The notes under the pieces were generated by a model. The model saw only the letters and a program-made list of their open reading frames with translations. It did not search any database and was not told the DNA's origin. A program made the translations under genes and the position numbers. Shown piece by piece: positions 52,612 through 64,000 of a stretch of DNA of 64,000 nucleotides. The stretch is from Haliotis cracherodii (Eukaryota), in contig NW_027266319.1 of the NCBI RefSeq assembly GCF_022045235.1, positions 22,444,001-22,508,000 of the forward strand. Reading direction: 5' to 3'. The stretch's first letter is position 1, and each line of letters starts with the position of its first letter.

Positions 52612-52931
52612 GTGAGTGGTAACCATAGGGAAACTGACAGTATCTTTGTCATCAATTTCTGTATGCAAAGTAGTTTCCATATTGTTGACATTTTGAACAT
52701 TTTCAAAAATTATTTCATTTGGTAAAGAGGCTTCAGGAAGTTTGAATCATGTTGGACAAACAACACTTTTCTATTTATGATCTAGATCAGCAATGAACAC
52801 TGTTCCTACATACATAAATACAATGCCTAGCTCCTAGCTATTTACAGCATCGGACCTTCACTGAAAACTGGCATAAAACTATAAGGTCTGGTCTCCCACT
52901 ATCTACCCTCATGTTACCTGTGTCCATTCAG

Positions 52932-53089
52932 CCCACAGGGGAATCCTGCCAATGCTAGAGGACCAGGAATGATGCCAATCGGAGGTCAAGGTCAGACGGG
53001 CCCCTCACCCATGCCCCTGCCCCAGGTCGGACGCAACCAGAGCATGGATGAAGAGGACACCATGAAGAATTTGAGGAAGACATTTGCAG
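52932..53089 (+). CDS. SYN: Synapsin exon, P/G/Q-rich domain D plus start of domain E (...RNQSMDEEDTMKNLRKTFA)
   Basis: Boundaries ttcag|C and G|gtgggc; EDTMKNLRKTFA is the invertebrate synapsin E-domain motif. Confidence 0.9.
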
Positions 53090-53451
53090 GTGGGCCGTGT
53101 TCAGGTTCAGCTTCATGACCTAAGGGGAGGTAACTCCAGTACTTTGGATGAGTTCTTTGGAAAAGAAACAGATACTATCACTTGTTTATTGGAAACTTAA
53201 ATCAGAAATTTTATTCAGCAATTTGACCACAGAATCAGGACCTTGATCAAAACAGTGTGTGTTGTGATGGGACTATCATAGCTCCATAGTTTAACACAGA
53301 CGTCTGACTGTCGAAGAATTAGAAATACCCTGTGAATGAGATCCTGTCATGTCCTTCTCTGAAGAGAGGAAGCACTCTCAAAGGAACTGATCTTTGAAGT
53401 GTTTATGCAGATTTAGATGTATTTCATTTTCCTGTGTTTCTATATTGACAG

Positions 53452-53471
53452 GAATCTTCGGTGACATGTAA
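53452..53471 (+). CDS. SYN: Synapsin terminal coding exon (G)IFGDM-stop
   Basis: gacag|GA ATC TTC GGT GAC ATG TAA completes the domain E end LRKTFAGIFGDM. Confidence 0.9.
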
Positions 53472-56400
53472 GAAAAACACCTAGTATTACATGGAAGTAT
53501 GTCAGAAGTCCATCGGGCATACATGAAGCAAGGCCCTAGACATCAACTGTGTCACATTTATGCTGCAACAGTTCTGCAACAGTGCTGCGACAGAGCTACA
53601 CCTAAACTGCAACATGACTACAACAGTGCTGAAATAGGTTTGTAACAGGGGTGTAACAAAGCTGTGAAATGGCTCTGGTAGCCCTACAACATCCCTCCCT
53701 ATAGCAGTGCTGAAACATTAGTGCTGAAGTGCTGATGTACACCAGAACAGCTCTGTAATAGCACTGCTCCAGAACCGTCACAGTCCTGCAATACCGCTGC
53801 ATCCCAACCTGCAGAATCCCGTCTTCAGTATAACAGTTGTGTTAGACTAGCATATATTACAGATATCATGTAGTCATTTAGTCAAGGGATATCTTCAAAG
53901 GTTTTATCTTTTCAAATATGTTTTTCATCTAGAACCCTTGTGCTCACTTCATGATGATGCAAACAAACTGTGGTCAGTTTCCACTTATGTTGATGAATTC
54001 AAAGGCGTGAGATGAAAATATTTATTTGAAAACTGAACTTTGGGGAACCCATGAACCACGAGCTGATTGTGTAGTGTAGGACCTCTACTGTTTTGAAATT
54101 GTTGAAAGATGTAATCTATACTTTGGGACTGTCTCAGTCTTTGTAGAATTGATCAATATATGTCAACATTCCATATGGATTAATCTACTCTGCCACTTTT
54201 ACTGGGTTTCTCCCAATCTTGCTGTTTCTCTACTGTAACCTGTTACAGCTTATTTGTTACAGAATTCAAATTCTAAATCGCATCTTTGAAGGAAATTATC
54301 CTTTTGCCTGTAAATATAAAACCAAGGGTTCCAGCTATGCTACATCTTGTATGTTCTTTCCCGGTATACGGGAATGCTGTTGTAAATGTCACGCAATAGT
54401 GGGTGATTCCATTGTGATAGTCACGTGATATTATCGCGATAATGCATCAAAAGTGTCGCAATAATAACAAGATAGTGCCGCATTAATGGCAGAAATTTGT
54501 TGGGAAAGTACTTATGAAATGTATGCATGTAGCTAATCAAACACTGTGGTAGATGATCATGTGATACCATTCAACCTATAAATAGGATTTTGTTGATTCC
54601 TCAAAGCTCAAGTTAGCTCAAATATATTTACAATACGTCAGTTTAGCCAACATCACCAGCATGTATGGATGGCTTATTTATACTTGTGGATGTATCCGTT
54701 AGAGGAATACATTCTTGATCAAGGTGCTTCAACTGAGGTTAATTTGAACTAGAATTGTTATGTCTTCACTGTGAGAGTTTATATTAAGATGTGCTGAAGT
54801 AGGTCGACATATTGTGTAGGCGTACACTAGCTCCAGATATGTGTAGATGCTGCCAGTGTTGTACATGACGCTGGTGAGAACCAGTTAATACTAAAACCAC
54901 ACCCTACCTGGGACATATCTCATGTTTTGCAGTAGGAAATGGAGGTTCATATTTCTTTGAGTCATTGTGATTTCTTCTTTGTAAAATCTTATTTATTCTT
55001 AAGACTCATCAAGTTAATGTAACGTCTTGTTCTATGGATTTTTCTTAAACATTAAATACGCCGAGTGGCAGGAGATAAACATACTGGTTTGAGAAATTAT
55101 CTAATACCTTCTGTAGATGAGGCACATCCCTGAAACAAGGAAATTGCTACGGTAGCTTTATGTCCAAAAAAATGTGAAGAGTCTTCTCTATTGCGGTAAA
55201 TTAAAGAAGTTGTTATCTATAAATTGCGTCAAACTCTAAGAAATGCCTATCAAATAGGAGTCTTCTGCCAAACCTTATATGATAGAAACAGTCACTGTGC
55301 TGAAAGCTAATAAAATTGATCATTTTAGGAATATAAATATTATTGATACTGGTATTATTTTATATTTTGACTGCTGATTAAAATTCAATTTATGATTTTT
55401 ATATTGGTCAGTTTTGTGACATATTGAACAATGTCAATATGGTTTAAGAGTATCATGTATCTATAATCACATTAATTAACAGTTCTAGTTTCTTGTCTGA
55501 TAGCCATGGTGTAGACATATACCATTATTTGATTAAATTTGATCTTATGTTAAGCACTGACCAATTAACTACTCAGAAATTGCCCATATTATTAAACATG
55601 TTGATAACAGTAGATCAGGGGAGCTAACTCTTGAACCACCATGCTGTAGTAGGATAATTAGTAAAGGACAGTGTGTTGAAGGGTTCAAACCTACCAAATG
55701 ACAAATATCATTTATGAAATAAACTTGTTCTTTTTTATTTACATTAGTATACTGTACTGATCCCAGCAGTGTATATAAACAGATGCCAATCTTTGCTCAT
55801 AGATCTTATGTAGAAGTTGACTAGGGATAGATATATGCAACATAGATACTTCAATTATTTGCATTCAAAGTTGTATATTATGATTCCAGATATTTTGTAT
55901 ATATTTGTGTGGTCATGTGCATTTTATTTCATATGTCATCTTTTCATAATCAAATAACATGATGATTTCTTATCTCCTTATGTAGTTGTAGACAGCAGAG
56001 GGTGTAACAGTAAAAGCTGATGTGAGATTAAATACCATTGGTGTTATTATCACACTACGTAGGTGTTGTCATTTTAATAATACATGTGTAATTTAGCAGT
56101 AATTTGTATTCATTTCCCATTTTTAGTGGAACCTTTGCAATAAAATATTTGTTTCCAAATGTTTAGTGAAATCAAAAATTTCTAAACTCTCGCTACATGT
56201 GTAGGTCCCTTTAGAGAAATTGTTTACTTGAGAATAAATTTTCTTATTTATCTCCGTATCAGTAATCAACATCCTAAGGTTTAAAGAGGTTAGTTCCAGC
56301 ATTAGCATGAAAATTTGCCTATTTGCTTTCAAATTTGAAAATGTTTCCTCACCTTTTTCATAACTTTTTTTTTTTAAGTGTAAAACTGAAATTAAACACC

Positions 56401-58560
56401 TTAATGCAGACTTTCATCACTGAACCATATGTACAGAGCATTAGAAACCGTATAGCCAAATTGGCTGATAATATTTTGGTAATAAAACAAAAATGAAATA
56501 CAGAAATGTATTACAATACAAATAATAATCAGCATGTGTAAACAGTGTTACAGGTGTTAACTGCAAGTTTCATTTTCATCCTACATCTCCATAAAGTTCA
56601 AGGTCAGTAGCCACAGATAACTCTAACCCAGTACCACTTCCCCATCCATAATGCATCAAACATATCTGCTGCTGGAAACAAACCAAATGTGTATATGAAG
56701 ATACACCAACATATAGAGTAACATACAAGCACTGGAGAAATAACTTCAATATATTTCTGTATCATTTAGTTACAACTTTTTTGCAAATAACTTGAAAATC
56801 TATTTATGAACTGAATTTGAAGGCTTGGTTGTGTTATATCACTATTTATGTCTTATTAAATGTTAGATAACTGAATAAGGTGATTACCCTACGACATTTG
56901 CGCCTCTAGATATTTGATTTTCTAGCTGTCCAGTTGACAAGGGATGCAAACATGGGACCAATTTTCATTTGAACTTTGTGTAAATAAGGAAAGTTGGTGT
57001 CAACGATTGACGATAATGATAAATGTTCTGTTTGGGTGTCGTGTGTAATTTTAATAACTGAATGTGTTAATGCTTTTTATAGCTCAATGTATGCATAAGT
57101 ACTTTAATAGTGATTGAGTGCTTTTTTATTGTGTTAATGCATCAAAAATTTGCTTTAAAAGTGTTCCCTAGTGTCATTTGTGCGATGTTCCCTAGTCTCC
57201 TCCTAGAGTATGCAAAGCATTCCACTTGAAGTGTTCCTGGAACGCAGGGTGTTCCTGCAATGCAAGGTGTTCCTACAATGCTGTAGTGCCATATATTCAC
57301 AGCATTAGTTACGATTGTAGCTTCCAGATGTAGTTTTAGATTAAATCAGACAGGATTATCCCAAGTTTGATTGATCTGTTTCCTCCAGATTAAGCCCTAT
57401 GACACCATTTTTTTGTTGCAGTTGATTCTGAGCCAAGAATTCACTGGCTATTCTGAACATTCATTTTAATGAGGAAAAAACAGACACAACTATAGTTAAT
57501 TATGCAAATTATTGGGATTATATATCAACTATGACATGGTGTAATTCGGAAAAAATCACTTGAATCTTTTGATTAGGAAGTAGAATCAACTCAGCCTTTT
57601 GGGTCTCGTTGATTCTATTTCTGGAATCAAGAGATTCTCATGACTTCTCCGTTACATATATAGTATATGTCTCATCAAAGACACTGCACTGTGCTGATTG
57701 ACTATCTGTAATAATGTTTAGGGTTGACATGATACAGAGTGTGTGTTTGCAGTTATACGCTTTCAACATATTCTTTTCCCATCACAATCCATCATCAGTT
57801 CTTCAGGGGTATGCATTCACCATGTTGCTGGTGTCTATAGATCTGTGAAGTATTGAGGAAGGTCAGTCACAATCACATTGAATATACCGTATTCGATGTA
57901 ATAAGCGCCCAGGGCGCTCTCAAAATTAGGAATAGGGGGCTCTTATTAGAATAAAATTTTGGTGAGAAAAAAATACAGAGTTGAAAGATCGTAAATTTCA
58001 TGATTTATGGTGACAGCCTAAAAAGAAACAAAAGAAAAGTCTGTGCGTATTATACACGACAGATATATTTTCCAGAATTTAATTGCCCATAATTAAGTGT
58101 GCATATAACACACGAGTGCATATTATACACGAATAAATAAGTGTTCATTGATCAATCGGAAGGGGTGCTAATTGGGATTGTTCACTAGCCAATATATTAG
58201 CAAATATTGCCATGGGCCCTTATTAGAGCGGGGCAGTTATTACGTCGAATACGGTATTTCAAAACTTAAAGAAAAAATGAATAGGATATTCATGGTGTTC
58301 GATTCAGCACATCGCAATTCAAATTTACTTTATTGGAGATGTGTGTCCTGCTCTGTTGTTTGGAGGATTCTATCTAGTGTTTTCACAGCTTGATAGAGCG
58401 AACCTTTTGTACATAACTTGTTATCATTGTTGCTTTGTTATTGTAAAATATATACATATCTAAAGTTTGTATAATTATTTTGTTTGTTTTGGATTATCAT
58501 ACTTTTGTTATGTATATGTTTACTGTTTTACAATCAGAAAACAATCTGAATAAACAAGGT
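53472..58560 (+). other. Putative long synapsin 3' UTR (end uncertain)
   Basis: AT-rich and repeat-poor after the stop; AATAAA candidates near 55718, 56139, 56481 and 58549. Confidence 0.4.
57887..58255. mobile_element. TA-flanked MITE, sister of 28528-28846
   Basis: Ends ta|ccgtattcgatgtaataa and ttattacgtcgaatacgg|ta. Confidence 0.85.
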
Positions 58561-60230
58561 CACACAATAGATTGAATATAATATACATATCTGTGATGAG
58601 ACATTCCTGAAACAGATACTTATCCATCGTGGGACAACATGTACAAGAACGGTACGGAAACTGGAAAAAGCATTTACATTCCCTTCAAAGGTAAAAAAAT
58701 CAGCAAGTAATTGATATCAAATATATGATGTCCTTGTTATTTTTAATTTGTATGCTGTTTACATAAAATATGTTTCATAGAACTTCTTATCTCAGATGTA
58801 ATTCCTTTTGTTTAAATATTTACAGTATTGTTTAGATTTATGCATTTTCCATTCACTTTAAAGGTAAACACAGACAACTGTGTGTAGGTTTAGAACATTC
58901 CCTGTGAAGAAATGTGATGTGCTACAATGTGTTTCAATGCTATACGGTATAAGGAGTTTGAAGGTGTCAAGTTTCATTACTTATTTGTTGTCATACAGCT
59001 GGAATATTGCTGAGTGTGGCATTATACAGCAAACAAACAACACAAAACCACATCACCTCCTCTCAACTCAACATCACCCACACTATTAACTGTCCTGTCT
59101 ATACAAGTGTAGTGGCCATTAAATTTCCGAGTCCCGTGAGGGGATTGGAACCACGGACCTTCTGATCCGAGGTTGGACGCCTTGTCCACATGACCAAAGA
59201 GGTTAACCCTGTCAGCAAGCTGACAAGGTAAGGATGTCATCTATGGGATGACTCCACGCCCTGCTACACAAGCATTCACACATGTCAGCCACAAAAGATT
59301 ACACTACTAACTGTCCTGTCTATACAGGCATTCACTTGGCACCCACATTGGATCACACTACTAACTGTCCTGTCTATACAGGCATTCATATGTCAGCCAC
59401 AAGAGATTACACTACTAACTGTCCTACCTATACACACATTCATGCGTGTCATGATAAACTCAAGTTTGATTACATCAATTACAATAAGCACACATAGGGA
59501 AGATGCAGATTAACAAGAGATGAATATTGTCATCATTTATTGAAGCTAGTCCTTTTATCACATTGGCATTGTCCAGGCCAAACTACTTATTCCATGTATA
59601 TTTGGTGTTTCCTATGTGATAACATCCTAAGATGTTGGTGTTCAGTGATGTTCACATAGTGACTCTCACACAGCTTTATGATCAAACATTGTATACTTTT
59701 ACTGAGAGAATGTTAGCCCTTGAAACTTTGATGAAGGTCACATCTTAGGACTACTAGACACTGGGACTGTCCTGCTCAATAACAATGTGGTACACTACTA
59801 TATCATAAACATGTCCTGCCTCACTGGTGACTCTGGTCACAAATACATGCAAGGCAAGTCAAGTGTTGACCTGTTCAAACACAGAACATTAATCAAAATT
59901 GGGAATTGCATTGGATATCATTTTGGTCACTAATGCCTCAGATTTGGAAGTGTCCCCCAATTGTCTACAATTTTGAAATATTTACTAAGACCTTGTATGC
60001 TGCAACTACTTAATAGTATTATTCTTAATGTGTTTCAAAGTTTATTTCGAGTCCCAATATAAAACCAAAAATGAATTTACAATAACATTATAAGGTGTCC
60101 AAAGTAAATTAGAGGTTGGATTTACATTCTTGTGCTAATATTTTGACAAAATAGTTTGACCAACGGCAACATTTTACAGCTGGGTTGAAACAGTGATGAA
60201 AAGAATATGCATGGATCACTGAAGGTTTGA

Positions 60231-60394
60231 GGGGCGGTCGGGTAGCCTAGTGGTTAAAGCGTTCGCTCGTCAAGCTGAAGACCAAGGTTCGATTCCCGAC
60301 ATGGATACCATGTGTGAAGGCCCATTTCTGGTGTCCCCCGCCGTGATATCGCTGGAATATTGCTAAAAGCGGCGTAAAACCCCACTCACTCACT
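60231..60394 (+). mobile_element. SINE family A
   Basis: Consensus match; TSD tca(c/t)tgaaggtttg. Confidence 0.9.
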
Positions 60395-63300
60395 CATTGA
60401 AGGTTTGTGATGACACCAGGTGTTCAATAGTATGGGAATGCTTACAGGGTAGGCTTACAGTGTAAGGTCATGAGAGATGTGCGAGGGCATGACATAAGTG
60501 CATGACATCATGACATCACTCTCAGTGTATGATCACTGTTACTGTTCTCCATGTGATCAATGTTGGCTTATAGTCTCCCACCATTATTTGTATATAATAG
60601 GTTTACGACGAGCTCACAGTGCCACTGGTGCAAGGATGTTGTGTTTTTGAGTTTTATGCTAGACTGTTACACAAAGCAGCCGTTTCTGTTACCAAGTGTG
60701 TTGAACTTGAAATGACAAATATTTACCAAGTAAAGATCCAACGTGGAGATCAATAGCAAATGTGAACACAGCCATAATATTGGTGAACCAACACCACACT
60801 GAGATTAACATGGGGCTCCCATGCCTGTTTATGTTGAGAATGTATTTGTTTACGATTTGTACGTACCTACCTATTAGTATTTACGACTTTATTTAACATT
60901 CCACTTTCAATTAGTTAGCGATTTCAAAATCAATGTTTTATTTTGATTAAAAGTTTTAAATCATAGTGACAGTATTACAATTTAGATACACACATTTTAT
61001 TAGTTCTGAATGGAATTATTCCATATTTTGCTTTGTACTAGAGATCAAGTAGAGTTGTATATGTTGTGTCCAAGAGAGCATATGTGTTCTATGTTAGGCA
61101 TTCACGTTGTTGGGGCTCTCTCTATGCCCTCCAAGGCGAGCAGGTTCGCCAATATACTGTATCTTCACTACCATCGCTGAAAATATTTGCCATGGAAAGA
61201 GGTTAAGACGTTGACACCGAATACGGAAAATAAATCATTTCTTCTTATTCTTTCATTTTGTGTTTTCAATTAGTCAGTCAATTGTGTCTTCTTTTGATGA
61301 TCTCAATTTCGTAGCCGTTACCTCGTGTTAATGTTAGACTTTACATCCCCCTAATATCGGTCTGCATCAACAAGACAATATTATGTTTGATCTACACGTG
61401 GATGAACTTGTTAATTGAACACACGAACGTAATCATATAGAGAGAAGCAGTTTATTTACATGCACTGTTTGACAGATGGCAGTCACTGCTGCCTGGTGTA
61501 AGGTACACAAGTGAGGGTGGAGTGCGTGAGTTTGGTTCTACGCCATTTGTAATATAAGCAACAGTCTAGCCTTGTCTCGATGGAGACGTCAACAATTGGC
61601 CTCACTCATTGTACTCTCCTGGTAATCTAACAACGCGTTAACCAAGAATTACCGATTTTTAAGATAATTGTTGTTGTTATCAGAATGGCCATTAAAGCAT
61701 TTAGGCGCAGAAGCAGCTTCTTGGAAGGGGTGGGGGTAGATGCACATTTTTAAAAAAAAAAAAAAAGAAGCGTGAACTAAAATAAATTGAAAGGAAATAA
61801 TTCGGGAAACAACTTCCGATTGTTATCCCAAATATTGTCAGTGAAGTTTCATAATTGTTGAAAACAAACCATAAAATAACTTGGGGGAGGGGGGGGGGGG
61901 GGGACCAGTTAATTATCATGATTGAAAACTGTGAGATTCTGGAAGTATGTATAACGTCAATCACGTATCTCAAAGGTACTGATGATCTGGGAGCACTGCA
62001 AGGGTTAAAGGTTCGGATAATATATTATGAGTCGAACATAGCATTTGTGTTTAACACACGTCGTCCCAACAGGATTTGACCAGGGAAAGCAGCTGCTTCC
62101 ACATCATGTGCGTTCGGTTATATTCAACTTTATCTGTTATTTGTAAATTCACCACAATACCTCTTTGACCATAAGCGCGTACACGTAAAATGCATTTCAA
62201 CGAAGCTGCTATTAACACCATCACACGTTTCTGAAATATAACACCATTGCACAAATAGGCGCCCACCATTTTGGTTGATATATACAGTACATTGTGTGCT
62301 CATGCATAGAAGATCCGCATACACTATGTTCTAATACGGAGAATGAAACAAGGCAGTACCAGGTAGTGAAATAATCGCTGGATCAGTTTGGAAACGTCTC
62401 TCCGCTTGTGATTATCAAGAAAGTGATGACTGCTAATCACTTCATCTGCTGTGTTCAGACGAATTATACGCTTGGATTCATTATTCAAATATACGCCCCG
62501 TGGACTCTGAAATCCCAAATCCCTATTTTTAAAATATAACATTCTTTCGTCCAACTTATATCTAAGTAAAATATTGAATTCTGGAACAATAACAAGTTTC
62601 CTTTGTGCTTTGAACTGCAAAATTGTAAGAGAAACACTGATAACATATAATATGAAGAAGAAACACAAGGCTGCAATTAAGACTTGCTGTATATAATGAA
62701 TATTCAATCATAATGTATTCCAAATAATTTCAATTTGTTTCAGTTACATCTATCAGTAAAGGGACGTTATGCTCCATCATTTTGCATTGTGGCATGCTTA
62801 AGCCCACCCAAGCAGTACTTGCGAGTATGCCAAGTGTGTTTAACCTGTTGTCCTTATGAATATGGTATAACAAGTTGTTTTAAAACTTGTCTGGGTGGGT
62901 TTGAATTGACTAGGCAGCGCTTCATGGGAGGATTTCCATTCTCTGTCTGGGCTGCGTGTAGAGGGGGCAAGGGCCCTGAGATGACGATGAGCCTAATCAG
63001 CCTGACTGTGCCAGGATCACCCAGACCCCCTTTGCTGCATTTTTGTATTTTAATCTGTACATCATCATCATCACCATAATAATAATAGTGCTTCTTATAT
63101 AGGCTAAAGGCCACACATGTGTATGCTCAAAGCATATGTATATATACGTGTTGTTAGTATTGCTGCATGGCTTAACGATACAAAACTCGTATCGTAGGAA
63201 TTTTTGCTTTCCACTAAGTGTCATGGATGGCTCTATCCACAAATATAACATGCGGACATGAAGGTAGTTAATGTATAGAACCAAGCGTTCACACAGATCT

Positions 63301-63571
63301 GTACAATATTTGTGCCTCATAGAGAGCTAGCCCAACAACAAAAATAGGTCCAAACGAAACGCTCTGAAGTGTTGGTTGCCGAAGGTTCCATGTAAGTTGC
63401 TGTGTCATAGACACAGCGACGAGAAACGCGCTAACACGGTTACCACATGGTCGATCCTTGACTTCTGAAGACTTCGATAAAGATGGCCATTTGAAAACTC
63501 CAACCCCGCAACATTGTTGGTGTTTATAACGTTTGTGTCAATACATGTTGGTTTGGGAATCAAGACGTCCG

Positions 63572-64000
63572 TCAGGCCATCATTTGTGCCCCGGATGTGA
63601 CTTGTCCAAAGATGCTCTCGAGGTCCATTTCTTGAGTTGTCGCTGACGGCACGTTCGTATACACTAACTCGTGTCCCGACACCTTTATCCCGAACGCTGA
63701 GATGAAGACGTTGATTACCGTGATAAAGAGAATCATTGCCACGCTGATATTGTTCATCACTATTGCCCGTTTCTGTGCCTCGCCCGTCCGCGCTTCCATA
63801 TTGCCGAGGATGATGATGATGACGCCGACGCATATTTGCAACGTCACCGACAACCCAATGAGTACCAACTGTGGTACGTATAGGACGTCGCGGTGACTAT
63901 CCGGCGTCTGTAACAACGCCTTCAGCTGGGAACCGTTGGCGAGGAGAAGAGCGATGTCCAGCATGCCTTGCGCGACCGTCTTTCGGGTTGTGTAGGTCCT
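63572..64000 (-). CDS. NINJ: Ninjurin-family membrane protein (5'-truncated by the window edge)
   Basis: Frame is open to the edge: RTYTTRKTVAQGMLDIALLLANGSQLKALL..., the ninjurin amphipathic motif, followed by two hydrophobic helices (LVLIGLSVTLQICVGVIIIIL; NNISVAMILFITVINVFISAFG). Confidence 0.92.
   Translation of the reverse strand, partial: RTYTTRKTVAQGMLDIALLLANGSQLKALLQTPDSHRDVLYVPQLVLIGLSVTLQICVGVIIIILGNMEARTGEAQKRAIVMNNISVAMILFITVINVFISAFGIKVSGHELVYTNVPSATTQEMDLESIFGQVTSGAQMMA

Overview
AT-rich eukaryotic (metazoan) DNA, by inference a gastropod mollusc, with no prokaryotic features. Most of the window is the 3' part of a + strand synapsin gene: coding exons from 15064 to the stop at 53471 covering domains C, D and E, with a probably long 3' UTR; its 5' exons were not found here. 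The 25.6-kb synapsin intron 16234-41852 contains a complete antisense TIMP gene (TATA/ETS/GC/CCAAT promoter near 33.1 kb, a short non-coding first exon, 4 coding exons, 155 aa) that encodes only the N-terminal inhibitory domain. Synapsin shows several layers of possible alternative RNA processing: two homologous 143-nt mutually exclusive exons (45409-45551 and 46111-46253), tandem in-frame 5' splice sites next to a G:U-rich long-range RNA duplex, and a 42-bp minisatellite made of 12 copies of one exon's own splice acceptor. A ninjurin-family CDS enters from the right edge on the - strand. The rest is dense in SINEs (at least 3 families), TA-flanked MITEs, one LINE 3' fragment and many minisatellites. 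Most entries in the ORF track are repeat artefacts.
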